A stretch of 64,000 bases of DNA from positions 151,103 through 215,102 of the forward strand of contig NW_013657638.1 in the NCBI RefSeq assembly GCF_000142905.1. Reading direction: 5' to 3'. Of the stretch, positions 47,982-58,543 are shown in pieces. The number at the start of each line of letters is the position of its first letter. Positions within the stretch are counted from its first letter, which is position 1. Made by a program: the position numbers and the translations under genes. This stretch comes from Thecamonas trahens ATCC 50062. Taxonomy: Eukaryota > Protista > Apusomonadida. The notes under the pieces are model-generated. The model was not told the DNA's origin. It was given only the letters and a program-made list of their open reading frames with translations, and searched no databases.

Positions 47982-50900
47982 ATGATCATCGGCCGGTGGC
48001 TGGCCTTGGTGGTAGTGGTATCATTGGTGGCGTTGGCTGGATTTGCGGCTGCTGATCCGAGTGACTCCCCGTTCATCTGTGGCGTTGGGTACCCCATTGA
48101 TGCGGCTGTTTCGCTCGAGTGGACGTCGACGAGTGGTTCGACACTGGAGAGTGGGTATGTGTTCAAGGGCTCGCAAGTGTGGGCGTACTCGTACAAGCAC
48201 TCTGGCATGATCAACGGCATTGCCGACGAGATCTCAAACGTGTTCCCCGGCGTGCCTACTGCTGATTTGGATGCTGTGGCGGGCTCGCCTGCAACAGACT
48301 CGGATGATGAGAAGCGCCGGCTGTTGTTTTTCAAGGAGGACAGAGTGTGGAAGTACGATTTGGAGACCGGTCTTGTGGCTGGGTACCCCAGGACGATCGC
48401 CACCGAGTTTGGTGGCTACTTTCCGGACGATGTCCACGCCGCCGAGACCGAGCGATCCGGGCCGAGCAGTACGCGCATCCGAGTCTTCCGCGGCTCGCTC
48501 GAGTGGGTGCTGTATTTCAACGCGGGTGGGCTCGATGGCAGCTCGTTCATGAACGGCCCGCATGGGTACTCGTTCTCGCCGCAGGCGGCGATCTGGACCG
48601 AGTTTACCGGTGGCACGGAGCAGCTGTATTTTCTGGAAGACGAGAAGGCGTACTTTGAGGAACATCCCGGGATGGGCTTCAACGAGGTGGCGATCTGCGC
48701 GTCGTGCGATGGCGACACGATCATCGCGACGGGGACGTCCGGTACTGTGGCGCCGTTTGTGGCCGACATGATTGTGGGTGGGCAGACGTGCACCTGGCTG
48801 CTCCGGTTCTACACGCTCGGCACGCTCACAATCGACTTTGACGACATGTCCAAGCGGCCCGAGGCGATGAACATTGGCGACAGTGTGCTTAGCGTGTACG
48901 AGGGTGCCGATACTTTGGGTACTCTGGTTGCTACCTACGACCAGATGACATCGCCTTCGCCGCCGTTTACGCTCGTCACGACTGCAAGCGAAGGCATGAT
49001 GTATCTCAAGCTTGTGGCGTCGGCGACGGGCATGCCTGGCGGTGGCTTCTCGTTCTCGTGGAGCTTTGCGCCGGCATCGGCGACGGTGTGTCCGACGCTC
49101 ACCAGCTTTCTGGCGGGGACGTGGGCCCCTGTGGCTAACGGGCGCGAGGGTGATGTGCGGACGGCATCGTGCGAGCCTGGATGGACGTTTTCCGGAACGG
49201 CAAGTCGGACGTGCCTGAGTGATGGTATGTGGAGCGGGAGTGACGATCAGGCGTGCGCGCCTCGGCCGTGCAACGCGCTTGTGGCGCCGGTCAACGGTGT
49301 TGTGTCGGCGGCGACTGGCAATCCGGGCGACACGGTCACGTTCTCGTGCAACGTCGGGTACACACTGACGGGCTACACTACCCGGACCTGCCAGTCGAAT
49401 CAGCTCTGGTCCAACCTCAACGATCAGTACTGTAACCCGTCGCTGTGCGGGACCACGCTCTCGCCGCCGGCCAACGGGATGGTGTCTTCGACAACGGGGC
49501 ACACCGACGAGACGGTGAGCTTTTCCTGCGGGGGCGGCTACTATCTGCAAGGGAGCTCATCGCGAACGTGTCGGGCTGACGGAACGTGGTCGAATCTGGA
49601 CGATCAAGTTTGCGTTGGGAGCCCGTGCACGACGCCTGCCGTGCTAAGCGCGCCCGCCAATGGAGTCGTTTCGCCAGCGTCGGGCGGGACCGGGACGGTG
49701 GCGACGTTTTCGTGCAACGCTGGATACACGTTGACGGGAACGACGACGCGGACGTGTCTGGCCGACGGATCATGGTCGGGCTCGTCGCAGATGTGCAGTG
49801 CCAACGCGTGCAACCCGCCGCTGAGTGCGCCAGACTACGGAACGGTGGATCGGGTGACTGGAACAACCGGCGATGTGGCCAACTACGGGTGTAACGCCGG
49901 GTACTCGCTGTCGGGAGGGGCGACGCGGGTGTGCACGACAGCCGGTACGTGGTCGGGAGCTGCGCCGACTTGCGTCGGCAATCCGTGTGCGCCGCTGCCG
50001 GCACCCACCAATGGGCGGGTCGACGGCGGTGCGTCTGCCAGCGCCACGGCCGGCGGCTCGGTGGTGTTCAGCTGCAACACCGGATACCAGCTGTCAGGAG
50101 CGTCGGCGCGGACATGCCTCACTGATGGATCGTGGGACGGAGTTGGTGGACAGACGTGCACGATTGTGGCGTGCGGGCCGGCACAGACCCCGCCGGCTAA
50201 TGGAGTGGTCTCGTCGACGCTGGGCAACTACGGCGATGTGGTGACCTTCTCGTGCAACAGCGGATACACGCTCGGCGGATACGCGAGCCGAACGTGCCTC
50301 GCCGACGGGACGTGGTCGAATCTCGCCAATCAGGTCTGCTTCGCCAACACGTGCTCGGCGCTGCTGCATGTGCCGACGCACGGGAACGCGAGTCCGAGCA
50401 GCGCGACGACAGGTCAGAGCGTGACGTTTAGCTGCGGAACCGGATACTACCTTTCGGGCTCGTCGTCGCGTGTGTGTCAGCCTGACGGGACGTGGTCCGG
50501 GACCGACGATCAGGACTGTCTCGGCAATCTCTGCACGGCGCCGATGGTGCTGGGCGCGCCGGTTGATGGCACGGTTGCACCGGCAACCGGGACAACCGGC
50601 GATGCCGCAGTGTACAGCTGCAACGCAGGGTACACCATGTTTGGAGTGGCGAGCCGCACGTGTCTTCCGGATGGGAGCTGGACAGGCAGTGGGCCGCCGA
50701 CGTGCCTCCCCAACACATGCTCGCCGCCGCGATCGGCTCCTGCACACGGATCAGTAGACGCAACGAGCGGGAGAACGGGCGAGTTTGTGACGAACAGCTG
50801 CGACGCCGGGTACGATCTGGTGGGAAGCGCGGTGCAAGAGTGCTTGCCCGACGGGAGCTGGTCGAACGCGGCGCCGAGCTGTGTGGCGGTACTGTGCCCC

Positions 50901-52595
50901 TCGCTGACAGCGCCAGTCTATGGACTTGTGGACGGCGGATCGTCGGTGACGGTCGGAACGGGAGCAACAGTCACGTTTTCGTGTCTTCCGGGCTACGCAC
51001 TGAGCGGGAGCGTATCGCGGACATGTTTGGCGTCCGGGGTGTGGTCGGGCGCGGCAGATCAGAGCTGTACCTCGCAGATGTGCGCAACGCAGCTGGTGGC
51101 GCCGGATCGCGGGACGATCACGTGCACGACCGGGACGACCGGAACCACATGCAGCTACGGATGTAATGCCGGGTTCGTGCTCGAGGGCGGAAGCCCAGCG
51201 AGGACGTGCCAAGGGGACGGAAGCTGGTCGGGAAGCATGCCAAGCTGCGCGCCGAGCGCATGTGTCGCGATGCCGGCGCTGGCCAACGGGCGGATTTTGC
51301 CGAGTAGCGCGGGCAAGACCGGCGACAAGGTGACGCTCGTGTGCGATGCCGGGTACGTGCTGACCGGGATCGAGACGCAAGAGTGCATGGCAGATGGGAC
51401 GTGGAGCGGGGGCAACGTGACGGCGACGTGCGTGGGTGTGGTGTGCGGGCCGGAGCTGAGCGCGCCGACGAACGGAGGAGTCTCGTGCACAACAGCGTCT
51501 GTGGGCGAGAGCTGCGCCTACACCTGCGATGCCGGGTACACACTCTCGGGCTCGTCGGAGCGGACGTGCATGATCGACGGGCGATGGACTGGATCAGACC
51601 CGCGGTGCACAGTGCTGGCGTCGTCGTCAATGCTGGACGCGTCGACGCTGACGTCGTCTACGACGTCTGCGGACGAGGCCAAGTCGACGTACGCTGTGGC
51701 GCTGTACCTTTTGCTTGGCGCGCTCATTGTGACGTTGTTCGCCGGAACGCGGTACCGACGCAAGAACCTGAAGAAGTACCGGGCGGCGCCGCACCACTGG
51801 TTGTACCAGCCGCTGGACCAGATGCTGCTGCGCGAGCATCCGCTGGTGGGGATCATCGCGCACCTGCGCGCAGACCCGTACTCGCGGACGGGGCGGACGC
51901 TCGCGTTTCTCCTCTCGACCAACCTGCTCCTCCTCTCCACGCTCATCATGCCGGTTATCAACCCGTCTGGGTATGAGGAGGATACGGCGATTGTCTCGCT
52001 CGACCGGGTGGCGGACATGGTGCTCTCGCTGGTGGTCTCGACGCTACTCTCCTCGATTGTGGGCTCGCCGCTCATCAAGCGCGGCTTCCGGTCGCACGAA
52101 GACGCGACAGCGCGGCTCGTGGCGGGTGTGGCGGCGTTTGCGGTCAACATTGTCCTGGCACTGGTCAACGGCGCCCTGATCACGCTCCCGCTCCTTGTCT
52201 CGGCCATTCCGTTTGAGATGGCGACGCTGCTCACCATGTTTGCCATCTCGTTTGCGCTCTGGCTCCTCATCACTGCGCCACTGGCCATGATTGCGTCGTA
52301 CTACGTGCTCGGCGCGCGGGCGACGTATGTGCACGAGGGAGGCAATGGCGGTGTCGATCCGATGTATGCGGTCTCGCCCGAGTTCATCATGTCAATGGGA
52401 AAGGAGGTCGAGCTGCCCGCAGTGACAGTACCACCGATGGCAAGCGAGTCTGCACCGGTGGTCTCGTTTGGCGACGCCAGCTCGAGCGCAAGCTCGAGCT
52501 CGAGCTCAAGCACGTCGGCGCTGGTCTCCGCCAGCAATTCGAGCGCTGTGAGCTCACGGCGGGAACCACGGGCACGGGCGCTCATGTCGGCGTGA
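47982..52595 (+). CDS. receptor: signal peptide, hemopexin-like repeats, CUB domain, 14 sushi/CCP domains, ~5-TM polycystin-1-like membrane domain
   Basis: IDAA..YVFKGSQVW and LLFFKEDRVWKY..GYPRTI (hemopexin); CTWLL..LTIDF..LSVYEG..GFSFSW (CUB); 14x C..P.NG..C..GY.L.G...RTC..DG.W...C (sushi); EHPLVGII..DPYSRTGR (PKD1-like). Confidence 0.85.
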   Translation: MIIGRWLALVVVVSLVALAGFAAADPSDSPFICGVGYPIDAAVSLEWTSTSGSTLESGYVFKGSQVWAYSYKHSGMINGIADEISNVFPGVPTADLDAVAGSPATDSDDEKRRLLFFKEDRVWKYDLETGLVAGYPRTIATEFGGYFPDDVHAAETERSGPSSTRIRVFRGSLEWVLYFNAGGLDGSSFMNGPHGYSFSPQAAIWTEFTGGTEQLYFLEDEKAYFEEHPGMGFNEVAICASCDGDTIIATGTSGTVAPFVADMIVGGQTCTWLLRFYTLGTLTIDFDDMSKRPEAMNIGDSVLSVYEGADTLGTLVATYDQMTSPSPPFTLVTTASEGMMYLKLVASATGMPGGGFSFSWSFAPASATVCPTLTSFLAGTWAPVANGREGDVRTASCEPGWTFSGTASRTCLSDGMWSGSDDQACAPRPCNALVAPVNGVVSAATGNPGDTVTFSCNVGYTLTGYTTRTCQSNQLWSNLNDQYCNPSLCGTTLSPPANGMVSSTTGHTDETVSFSCGGGYYLQGSSSRTCRADGTWSNLDDQVCVGSPCTTPAVLSAPANGVVSPASGGTGTVATFSCNAGYTLTGTTTRTCLADGSWSGSSQMCSANACNPPLSAPDYGTVDRVTGTTGDVANYGCNAGYSLSGGATRVCTTAGTWSGAAPTCVGNPCAPLPAPTNGRVDGGASASATAGGSVVFSCNTGYQLSGASARTCLTDGSWDGVGGQTCTIVACGPAQTPPANGVVSSTLGNYGDVVTFSCNSGYTLGGYASRTCLADGTWSNLANQVCFANTCSALLHVPTHGNASPSSATTGQSVTFSCGTGYYLSGSSSRVCQPDGTWSGTDDQDCLGNLCTAPMVLGAPVDGTVAPATGTTGDAAVYSCNAGYTMFGVASRTCLPDGSWTGSGPPTCLPNTCSPPRSAPAHGSVDATSGRTGEFVTNSCDAGYDLVGSAVQECLPDGSWSNAAPSCVAVLCPSLTAPVYGLVDGGSSVTVGTGATVTFSCLPGYALSGSVSRTCLASGVWSGAADQSCTSQMCATQLVAPDRGTITCTTGTTGTTCSYGCNAGFVLEGGSPARTCQGDGSWSGSMPSCAPSACVAMPALANGRILPSSAGKTGDKVTLVCDAGYVLTGIETQECMADGTWSGGNVTATCVGVVCGPELSAPTNGGVSCTTASVGESCAYTCDAGYTLSGSSERTCMIDGRWTGSDPRCTVLASSSMLDASTLTSSTTSADEAKSTYAVALYLLLGALIVTLFAGTRYRRKNLKKYRAAPHHWLYQPLDQMLLREHPLVGIIAHLRADPYSRTGRTLAFLLSTNLLLLSTLIMPVINPSGYEEDTAIVSLDRVADMVLSLVVSTLLSSIVGSPLIKRGFRSHEDATARLVAGVAAFAVNIVLALVNGALITLPLLVSAIPFEMATLLTMFAISFALWLLITAPLAMIASYYVLGARATYVHEGGNGGVDPMYAVSPEFIMSMGKEVELPAVTVPPMASESAPVVSFGDASSSASSSSSSSTSALVSASNSSAVSSRREPRARALMSA

Positions 52596-52610
52596 TGAGG
52601 TGCAAGCGCA

Positions 52611-53377
52611 TCAACCGCCGGCGTCGGCCTTGCGCAGAGCCAGCATAAAGTCGGCAAACGAGTCGGCGATCTTGACCGGCGTGTACGGCGGGTCGGACCA
52701 TTGGAGGACATGGGCGACAGACGGCTCGCCCGATGGGCCAGGATGAACATAGTCGAGAATGACCCAAGCGTGGCCATCGCCATCGATGTTAAGCGTGCGC
52801 CCGCACAGCTCGAAGGGAAAGTCCCACTCGTTGGCGTATAGGTCCGAGTCGCCAAGCTCGGACACGCTGCCGAGCTGCGAGATGATGGGCGCATCAAGGC
52901 CGACAGCGTGAATAGCAGTAAGATCAAGGACCGCCCCATCGGCAACCTGTAACATGGCTGCGTATAGAGACGGGAGCTTACGCGGGAAGATCTTGGCGTT
53001 GAGGCTGGCAATATCCTCAGGCGACGCGCCGCGGGCAGTCGGCTCAATGTCTCCGCCTGTGACCTGGGCCAGCACCTCGCGGGCGTCGAGCTTGCCGGGG
53101 CCACCACGCCCACCACGCCCCCCACCCAGACGACTCGGAAGCCGTTAGCGATCTTTGCGTCGAGAAGTGAGACCGCTGTCGCGAGAGCATCCTGCGTCGA
53201 CGGGAAGTCGGTGATTGACTCGTCGCCTGCGGCGCCGACCTCGCCGGAGCGGGTGACCACCTCCTCGCCGTCGAGCGCCACCGTCCAGAACCACGACGAT
53301 GGGCCGGGGAGAGACTCGAGAGCCACTGTCCGTCCCTCCAGCAGAGCTTCACGGGTCTGTGGTGGGGAGGGTGGCAT
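52611..53377 (-). CDS. WGR-like domain fused to an SMI1/KNR4 (SUKH) domain; -1 frame break at ~53097-53123
   Basis: Frame A: WFWTVALDGEEVVTRSGEVGAAG..F.S..A...A..L...K..NGF (WGR-like). Frame B: LPSLYAAMLQVADG..EWDFP..IDGDGHAWVILDY..GEPSV..IADSFADF (SUKH). Confidence 0.7.
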
Positions 53378-53485
53378 GGCTTGCCGGGAGGAGATGGGTG
53401 GGGTGGGGGTAACGATTATTGGAATGAGTGTTAATTGAGTTTGGGCGGGGTGGGGGCAACGATTACTTCATCGGAGGAGTTTAAT

Positions 53486-53585
53486 NNNNNNNNNNNNNNN
53501 NNNNNNNNNNNNNNNNNNNNNNNNNNNNNNNNNNNNNNNNNNNNNNNNNNNNNNNNNNNNNNNNNNNNNNNNNNNNNNNNNNNNN
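53486..53585. other. assembly gap (100 N)
   Basis: N characters. Confidence 0.99.
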
Positions 53586-53779
<194 letters not shown>

Positions 53780-53861
53780 CTGGAGTCGGGGAGGGGGGGG
53801 GGGGGGGAGGGGGGGGGGAGGGACACACCTCTCCGTACGCAGGGGAGAGGGACAAGACAGG

Positions 53862-55297
53862 ATGGGCGACGGACGGGTGGCAGGCTTCGAGACCATTCTT
53901 GCCGAAGTGCCTGTGTCTGTGGAGCGGCTGCGGTCGCTGGCCTTCCACGGGGTGCCGGACGAGGCGCCTGGCCTCCGGGCCACTGTGTGGAAGGTCCTCC
54001 TCGGGGTCTCTGAGCCAAGCCAGGGCGCCGAGGCTTGGTCTGCTGCAGCGGCCGGGCGGAGGGAGACGTACGATGCGTTCCTGGATGAGTTCAACATCAC
54101 CCATCTCTCACCAGAAGCCATTCGGGGGAGACCGGCTTGGCCACCGCCGCCGCCCTCGACGCCATGTACTCGACGGGCACAAAGGCAGACGCAAAGGCGG
54201 GCGCAAAGGCCGTCGGATCGAGCACTGGCGTCAAAGTTGAGGCGTTTGGATTGGACGCCGGGGCTGCGGCGGATGGAGCAGGAGAGACCAAGAAGAGGCG
54301 CAAGAAGGGAAGGAAGGGTAAGCGCAAGCTGCCGCCGTGCCCGGGAGGGAGTTCCGGGCTGGTGGCTGAGCCGGTGAGTCTGCTCGACGCCGCTGAGGCT
54401 GTCGATGACCATCCGCTCTCGCTAGCGGCCGGATCCAAGTTCAAGGCTGCCCACGAGAACTCGGCCATGTCAACAGAGATTCTCAAGGACATTGCACGGA
54501 CGTGTCCGGAACTGGCCTTCTTCCAGGCCCACGAGCCGGTCAACCACTACGCAGCGCTCCACGCCATCCTGCTTGTGTATGCGCGGCTCAATCCCGGGAT
54601 CGGGTATGTGCAGGGTATGAACGAGCTTGTGGCGCTTCTGTACTACGTCTGCTTCCACGAGCAGCCGAACCAGCCGCGGCTGGTCGAGTCGGACACGTTC
54701 TTCTGCTTTATGGCGCTGATGGGCGAGATCCGCGACAACTTTTGCCAGTCGCTCGACTCGACCGACTCGGGTGTCGTCTCGCACTGCCACGCGCTGCACG
54801 CCGCGCTCGCCGCAGCCGATCCGATTCTCTCGCAGCATCTCGACGACATGGGCCTCAACCCGCAGTTTTACGCCTTTCGCTGGCTCACGCTCCTCCTCTC
54901 ACAAGAGTTTGACTTTCCGGACGTCCTCCGGCTATGGGACTCGCTCTTTGCCGACCCGCTACGCTTCGAGTTTATGGAGCACTTTGCTTCGGCCATGGTC
55001 CTTGCGCTCCGCCCGATCCTGCTCGAGCCAGCCACCGACTTTGCCTTTGCGCTTCAGATGCTGCAAAACTACCCACGCGACGTCCCGTTTGCACACGTCT
55101 TTGCCCTCGCTGTTCAGCTCCGCGACGGCATGTACGAGCCACCGGCCCCCTCCTCGCCCCGCGGCAACACCTCGCTTTTGGCCGCAGCCGCCGATGCCGC
55201 CGCCTCGGCCTCGCCGGCCCTCGCCGCCTTCTTCACCCGGGCCCGCGATCGCATCTCGTCCGCCGTAGCCTCGGCCATACCCGAACGTGACCAATAG
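53862..55297 (+). CDS. TBC1D13: TBC-domain Rab-GAP, TBC1D13-like; -1 frame break near 54126
   Basis: Frame A: [22 protein letters not shown]. Frame B: [45 protein letters not shown] and [24 protein letters not shown]. Confidence 0.88.
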
Positions 55298-55365
55298 CAC
55301 CATCGCGCCGCTCCTCAGTTACCTCCTAGGTGCATGCTGTCAAGCAGTGGCCATACCCCGCCCCA

Positions 55366-55764
55366 CATCACTACCGATGCCCCCCGTACCCCACCCACAT
55401 TGCCCACATCAACCACTACCAATGCCCCCCGTACCCCACCCACATTGCCCACATCAACCACTACCGATGCCCCCCGTACCCCACCCACATTGCCCACATC
55501 AACCACTACCGATGCCCCCGTACCCCACCCACATTGCCCACATCAACCACTACCAATGCCCCCCGTACCCCACCCACATTGCCCACATCAACCACTACCG
55601 ATGCCCCCGTACCCCACCCACATTGCCCACATCAACCACTACCGATGCCCCCGTACCCCACCCACATTGCCCACATCAACCACTACCGATGCCCCCGTAC
55701 CCCACCCACATTGCCCACATCAACCACTACCGATGCCCCCTGTACCCCACCCACATTGCCCACA
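55366..55764. repeat. 44-45 bp minisatellite, 9 copies, intergenic
   Basis: Unit ctacc[g/a]atg(c5-6)gtaccccacccacattgcccacatcaacca, contiguous with no spacers. Confidence 0.95.
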
Positions 55765-55838
55765 CACCACACACCAGACTCAACCCCACCCCACACCCCC
55801 ACACCCCCACACCCCCCGCCCACCCTCCTCCTCTCACT

Positions 55839-56837
55839 ATGGCCGGCGAAGTCCTTGGCGTTGTGGGCAAGCTCATGCAGGGCTTTTTCCTTGTCATGTG
55901 CTTTGCCTCTGTTGGCGTGGGCGTGTACTACACCTACGTGGTGTCGGAAGAAGTGGCTCGCCGTGCCTCCCAGGTGGCCAGCTACCCTACCTTTGTCCAC
56001 CTTCTCCCCTCTCTGGGATATGCTGCTCTACTCACAGCTGCTCGTTGGTGTGCCTCAAAGTACCTCCTCGCTCCGCTCTCCACTCGCTTCCTCTCGGCCC
56101 ACAAGCAGGAGGCCAAGCACATCTCAAAGTTCTGCGACTCGGCCTTTCAGCTCGTCTACTTTGCCATTACGGCGCCTCTGCTGTGGAACATGCTCATCAA
56201 CATGCCGGAGAGTGACAACTATCTCCCTCCTGCTCTGGGCGGATCGGGTGTGACGGCTAATGCTTGGACTCATCTCCCTCTCCACTATGCCATCTCGCCG
56301 GCTTTCAAGACCTTCTACCTCGTCTCGCTCGGCTTCCACATCCAGTCCATCGTCTATCATGTCCTCTTCCAGGACTCTCGCTCAGACTTTGTTGAGATGC
56401 TCGCCCATCATCTGGTCACCATCTTCCTTATTGCTGGCTCCTTTGTCGGCAACCTCACTCGCATCGGTCTCCTCGTCATCCTCGTCCACGACTTTCCCGA
56501 CATCTTTGTCTTTGCCGCTAAGCTCGGTGCCAACACCCCCAGCACCACCTTCACCCTCTCTGCCTACGTCGCCATGCTCGCCTCCTGGGGCTACATGCGG
56601 CTCTACGTCTACCCGTTTGTCGTCATCGTCTCTTCTGTCACAGAGTCTGTCGACGTCTCCACCGTCGAGCGCGTCGTCCTCAACGGCCTCCTCATGTTCC
56701 TGCAGATCCTGCACGTCTACTGGTACGCCCTCTTCCTCGAAATGGGTTACCACTTCCTCTCCACTGGTGAGACCGTCGACAAGCAGTCGCTCGAGGCCGA
56801 TGACGACAACGACGCCAGCAAGGCCAAGGCCGAGTAA
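55839..56837 (+). CDS. ceramide synthase (LAG1/TLC family)
   Basis: Lag1 motif RSDFVEMLAHHLVTIFLI..RIGLLVILVHDFPDIF; KFCDSAFQLVYF; LQILHVYW; C-terminal KAKAE. Confidence 0.92.
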   Translation: MAGEVLGVVGKLMQGFFLVMCFASVGVGVYYTYVVSEEVARRASQVASYPTFVHLLPSLGYAALLTAARWCASKYLLAPLSTRFLSAHKQEAKHISKFCDSAFQLVYFAITAPLLWNMLINMPESDNYLPPALGGSGVTANAWTHLPLHYAISPAFKTFYLVSLGFHIQSIVYHVLFQDSRSDFVEMLAHHLVTIFLIAGSFVGNLTRIGLLVILVHDFPDIFVFAAKLGANTPSTTFTLSAYVAMLASWGYMRLYVYPFVVIVSSVTESVDVSTVERVVLNGLLMFLQILHVYWYALFLEMGYHFLSTGETVDKQSLEADDDNDASKAKAE

Positions 56838-56844
56838 ATCTGCG

Positions 56845-58326
56845 CTACTGCGTCCCGCTCCTCCCCCCGCCGCCGCCGCCTTCTGCCCCGATGCCGCCGC
56901 CGCCGTCGTCGTCGTCATCGTCAGACGCGAGAAACAAGACACGTGGCACGTCGGGTGAGCCCGAACTCGTTTCAGGCACCGCAACGCCATCAAGCACGCC
57001 CGCGTTATCCCCGGCTGCCCGCGCTGCCGACGACGGCGCAGAATCCATCTCAGCCCGCGCCGCCAGCGGGCGATGCCGCCCCTCAAACAGCACAGACGTC
57101 GGCGGTGCCTCGGCCAGCTGCTGCGCAAGGCTCACCGTCGGTGTCTGCGTCGCGCCAAGCGCAAGTGACAAGTGCGAAGGCCGAAACTCAGGCTCATCGC
57201 CCACCCTGCCGCCACCACCGTCTTCACCATCGTCATCGTCGTCGTCGCCCGCAGGCGAGAGGCCAAGAAACACAACCCCGCGCGCCGACGGCGACCCGGC
57301 AGAGCCCAGGCCCGGCGACTGCGGTGACGAATCCAGCAGCGATCGCCCCGCAGACACCAGCAGCCGCCGCCGCTTGACCTCGCCGCCGCAAACGCCGCCA
57401 CCCCCGCTGCCCGACTCGGCTGACGGCCGCCGCTTCCGCACCGCGTCCTGAGCCAGCTCGGCATCGCCAGACGACGCCGGCCTGTCGTCAGCGACAAGTT
57501 CCAACGCGTCTAGCAGCGCCTCCTGCGAGCTGTAAACAAGCTGCTGTGCTTGCAGCGCGCCGACGCCGCGCGCCGGCCGGCCGGATAGCATGCCCGACGC
57601 TGACGTCGACGCCCGCGGCGTCTCAATCCCGCCCGACCCTGATCCCGTCGGCCACGGCTCGGCTGATGTGCCAGCCATAACCAGCTCGCCGCGCTCAGCC
57701 ACATACACCCCCAGGCAGATGACTATCTGCGCCGATCGAAGCAGCGAAAGCTCACGGCGGCTGAGCGCGTCGCCAACCACACCACCCTCGTCATCGTCCA
57801 CCGCGCGGCGCCCGAGGCCGTCGCCCCGGCTGGACAGCACAACCGCCTGGACCTGGCGAGCAGCGTCGACGAGAAGAGCAGAGGCCGCGAGAGCCGCACG
57901 AAGCGAAGCAAAGGTGGCGTGAAGGAGAGCATGCAGGCGGAGGAGCGCGGCATCAGCAGCAGCAGCGGCGGCAGCAAGAGCAGGGAGGCTCGCGAGGAGG
58001 TACTTTGCGGCAGGCGCAGCTTGCGGGAGAGCAGCCAGCGCAGCTGCAGCAGCAGCAACAGCAGCTTTCCGCTGTGTCGCCCTAACCACCGCTGGCCGAA
58101 GAAGGAACACTCTCCGAGCACCGCACCGAATGCGGAGAGCGACCTGGACAGCAGGGTGGCTTGCTTCGAGCTGGTCCACCGCAGAAAGCGGGAGGTCGGC
58201 AAGCGCCTCTAGCGCATCCTCGCCCGTGTACGGTGGACTAGGCCCCGGGTGCGTTGGAGAAGCACCTCTTTCTCCACCACCGCCACCCTCGGACGAGAAC
58301 AGCGTACATGCCGAGGTCAAAGACAT
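56845..58326 (-). CDS. hypothetical Ala-rich protein
   Basis: 493-aa ORF occupying the space between two genes and ending 7 nt from the ceramide synthase stop; no domain recognised. Confidence 0.55.
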   Translation of the reverse strand: MSLTSACTLFSSEGGGGGERGASPTHPGPSPPYTGEDALEALADLPLSAVDQLEASHPAVQVALRIRCGARRVFLLRPAVVRATQRKAAVAAAAAALAALPQAAPAAKYLLASLPALAAAAAAADAALLRLHALLHATFASLRAALAASALLVDAARQVQAVVLSSRGDGLGRRAVDDDEGGVVGDALSRRELSLLRSAQIVICLGVYVAERGELVMAGTSAEPWPTGSGSGGIETPRASTSASGMLSGRPARGVGALQAQQLVYSSQEALLDALELVADDRPASSGDAELAQDAVRKRRPSAESGSGGGGVCGGEVKRRRLLVSAGRSLLDSSPQSPGLGSAGSPSARGVVFLGLSPAGDDDDDDGEDGGGGRVGDEPEFRPSHLSLALGATQTPTVSLAQQLAEAPPTSVLFEGRHRPLAARAEMDSAPSSAARAAGDNAGVLDGVAVPETSSGSPDVPRVLFLASDDDDDDGGGGIGAEGGGGGGRSGTQ

Positions 58327-58543
58327 GGAGGCGGGGGGGGGGGGGGGGCTGCTTGGTGTGGAGTGACCGGTGGTGGCTGGTCAGCGGCCGAAAAAGGTCG
58401 CAGTTTGTGGAACGAGCAAAATGAGCCAAAACGAGCCAAAGTGACAGTGATCGTGATCGTGATCGCGATCACGGCTGCCAGAGGCAGGACGAGGACGACC
58501 ATAGGGTGGCCAACCACTCGTCGCCTGCCGCAGGGAGTGCGTA

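Noticed and set aside
55366-55764. Possible CRISPR-like array
   Set aside because: The units are contiguous near-identical 44-45-mers with no unique spacers and no cas genes nearby; it is a minisatellite. The three-frame Pro/His/Thr ORFs over it are artefacts.
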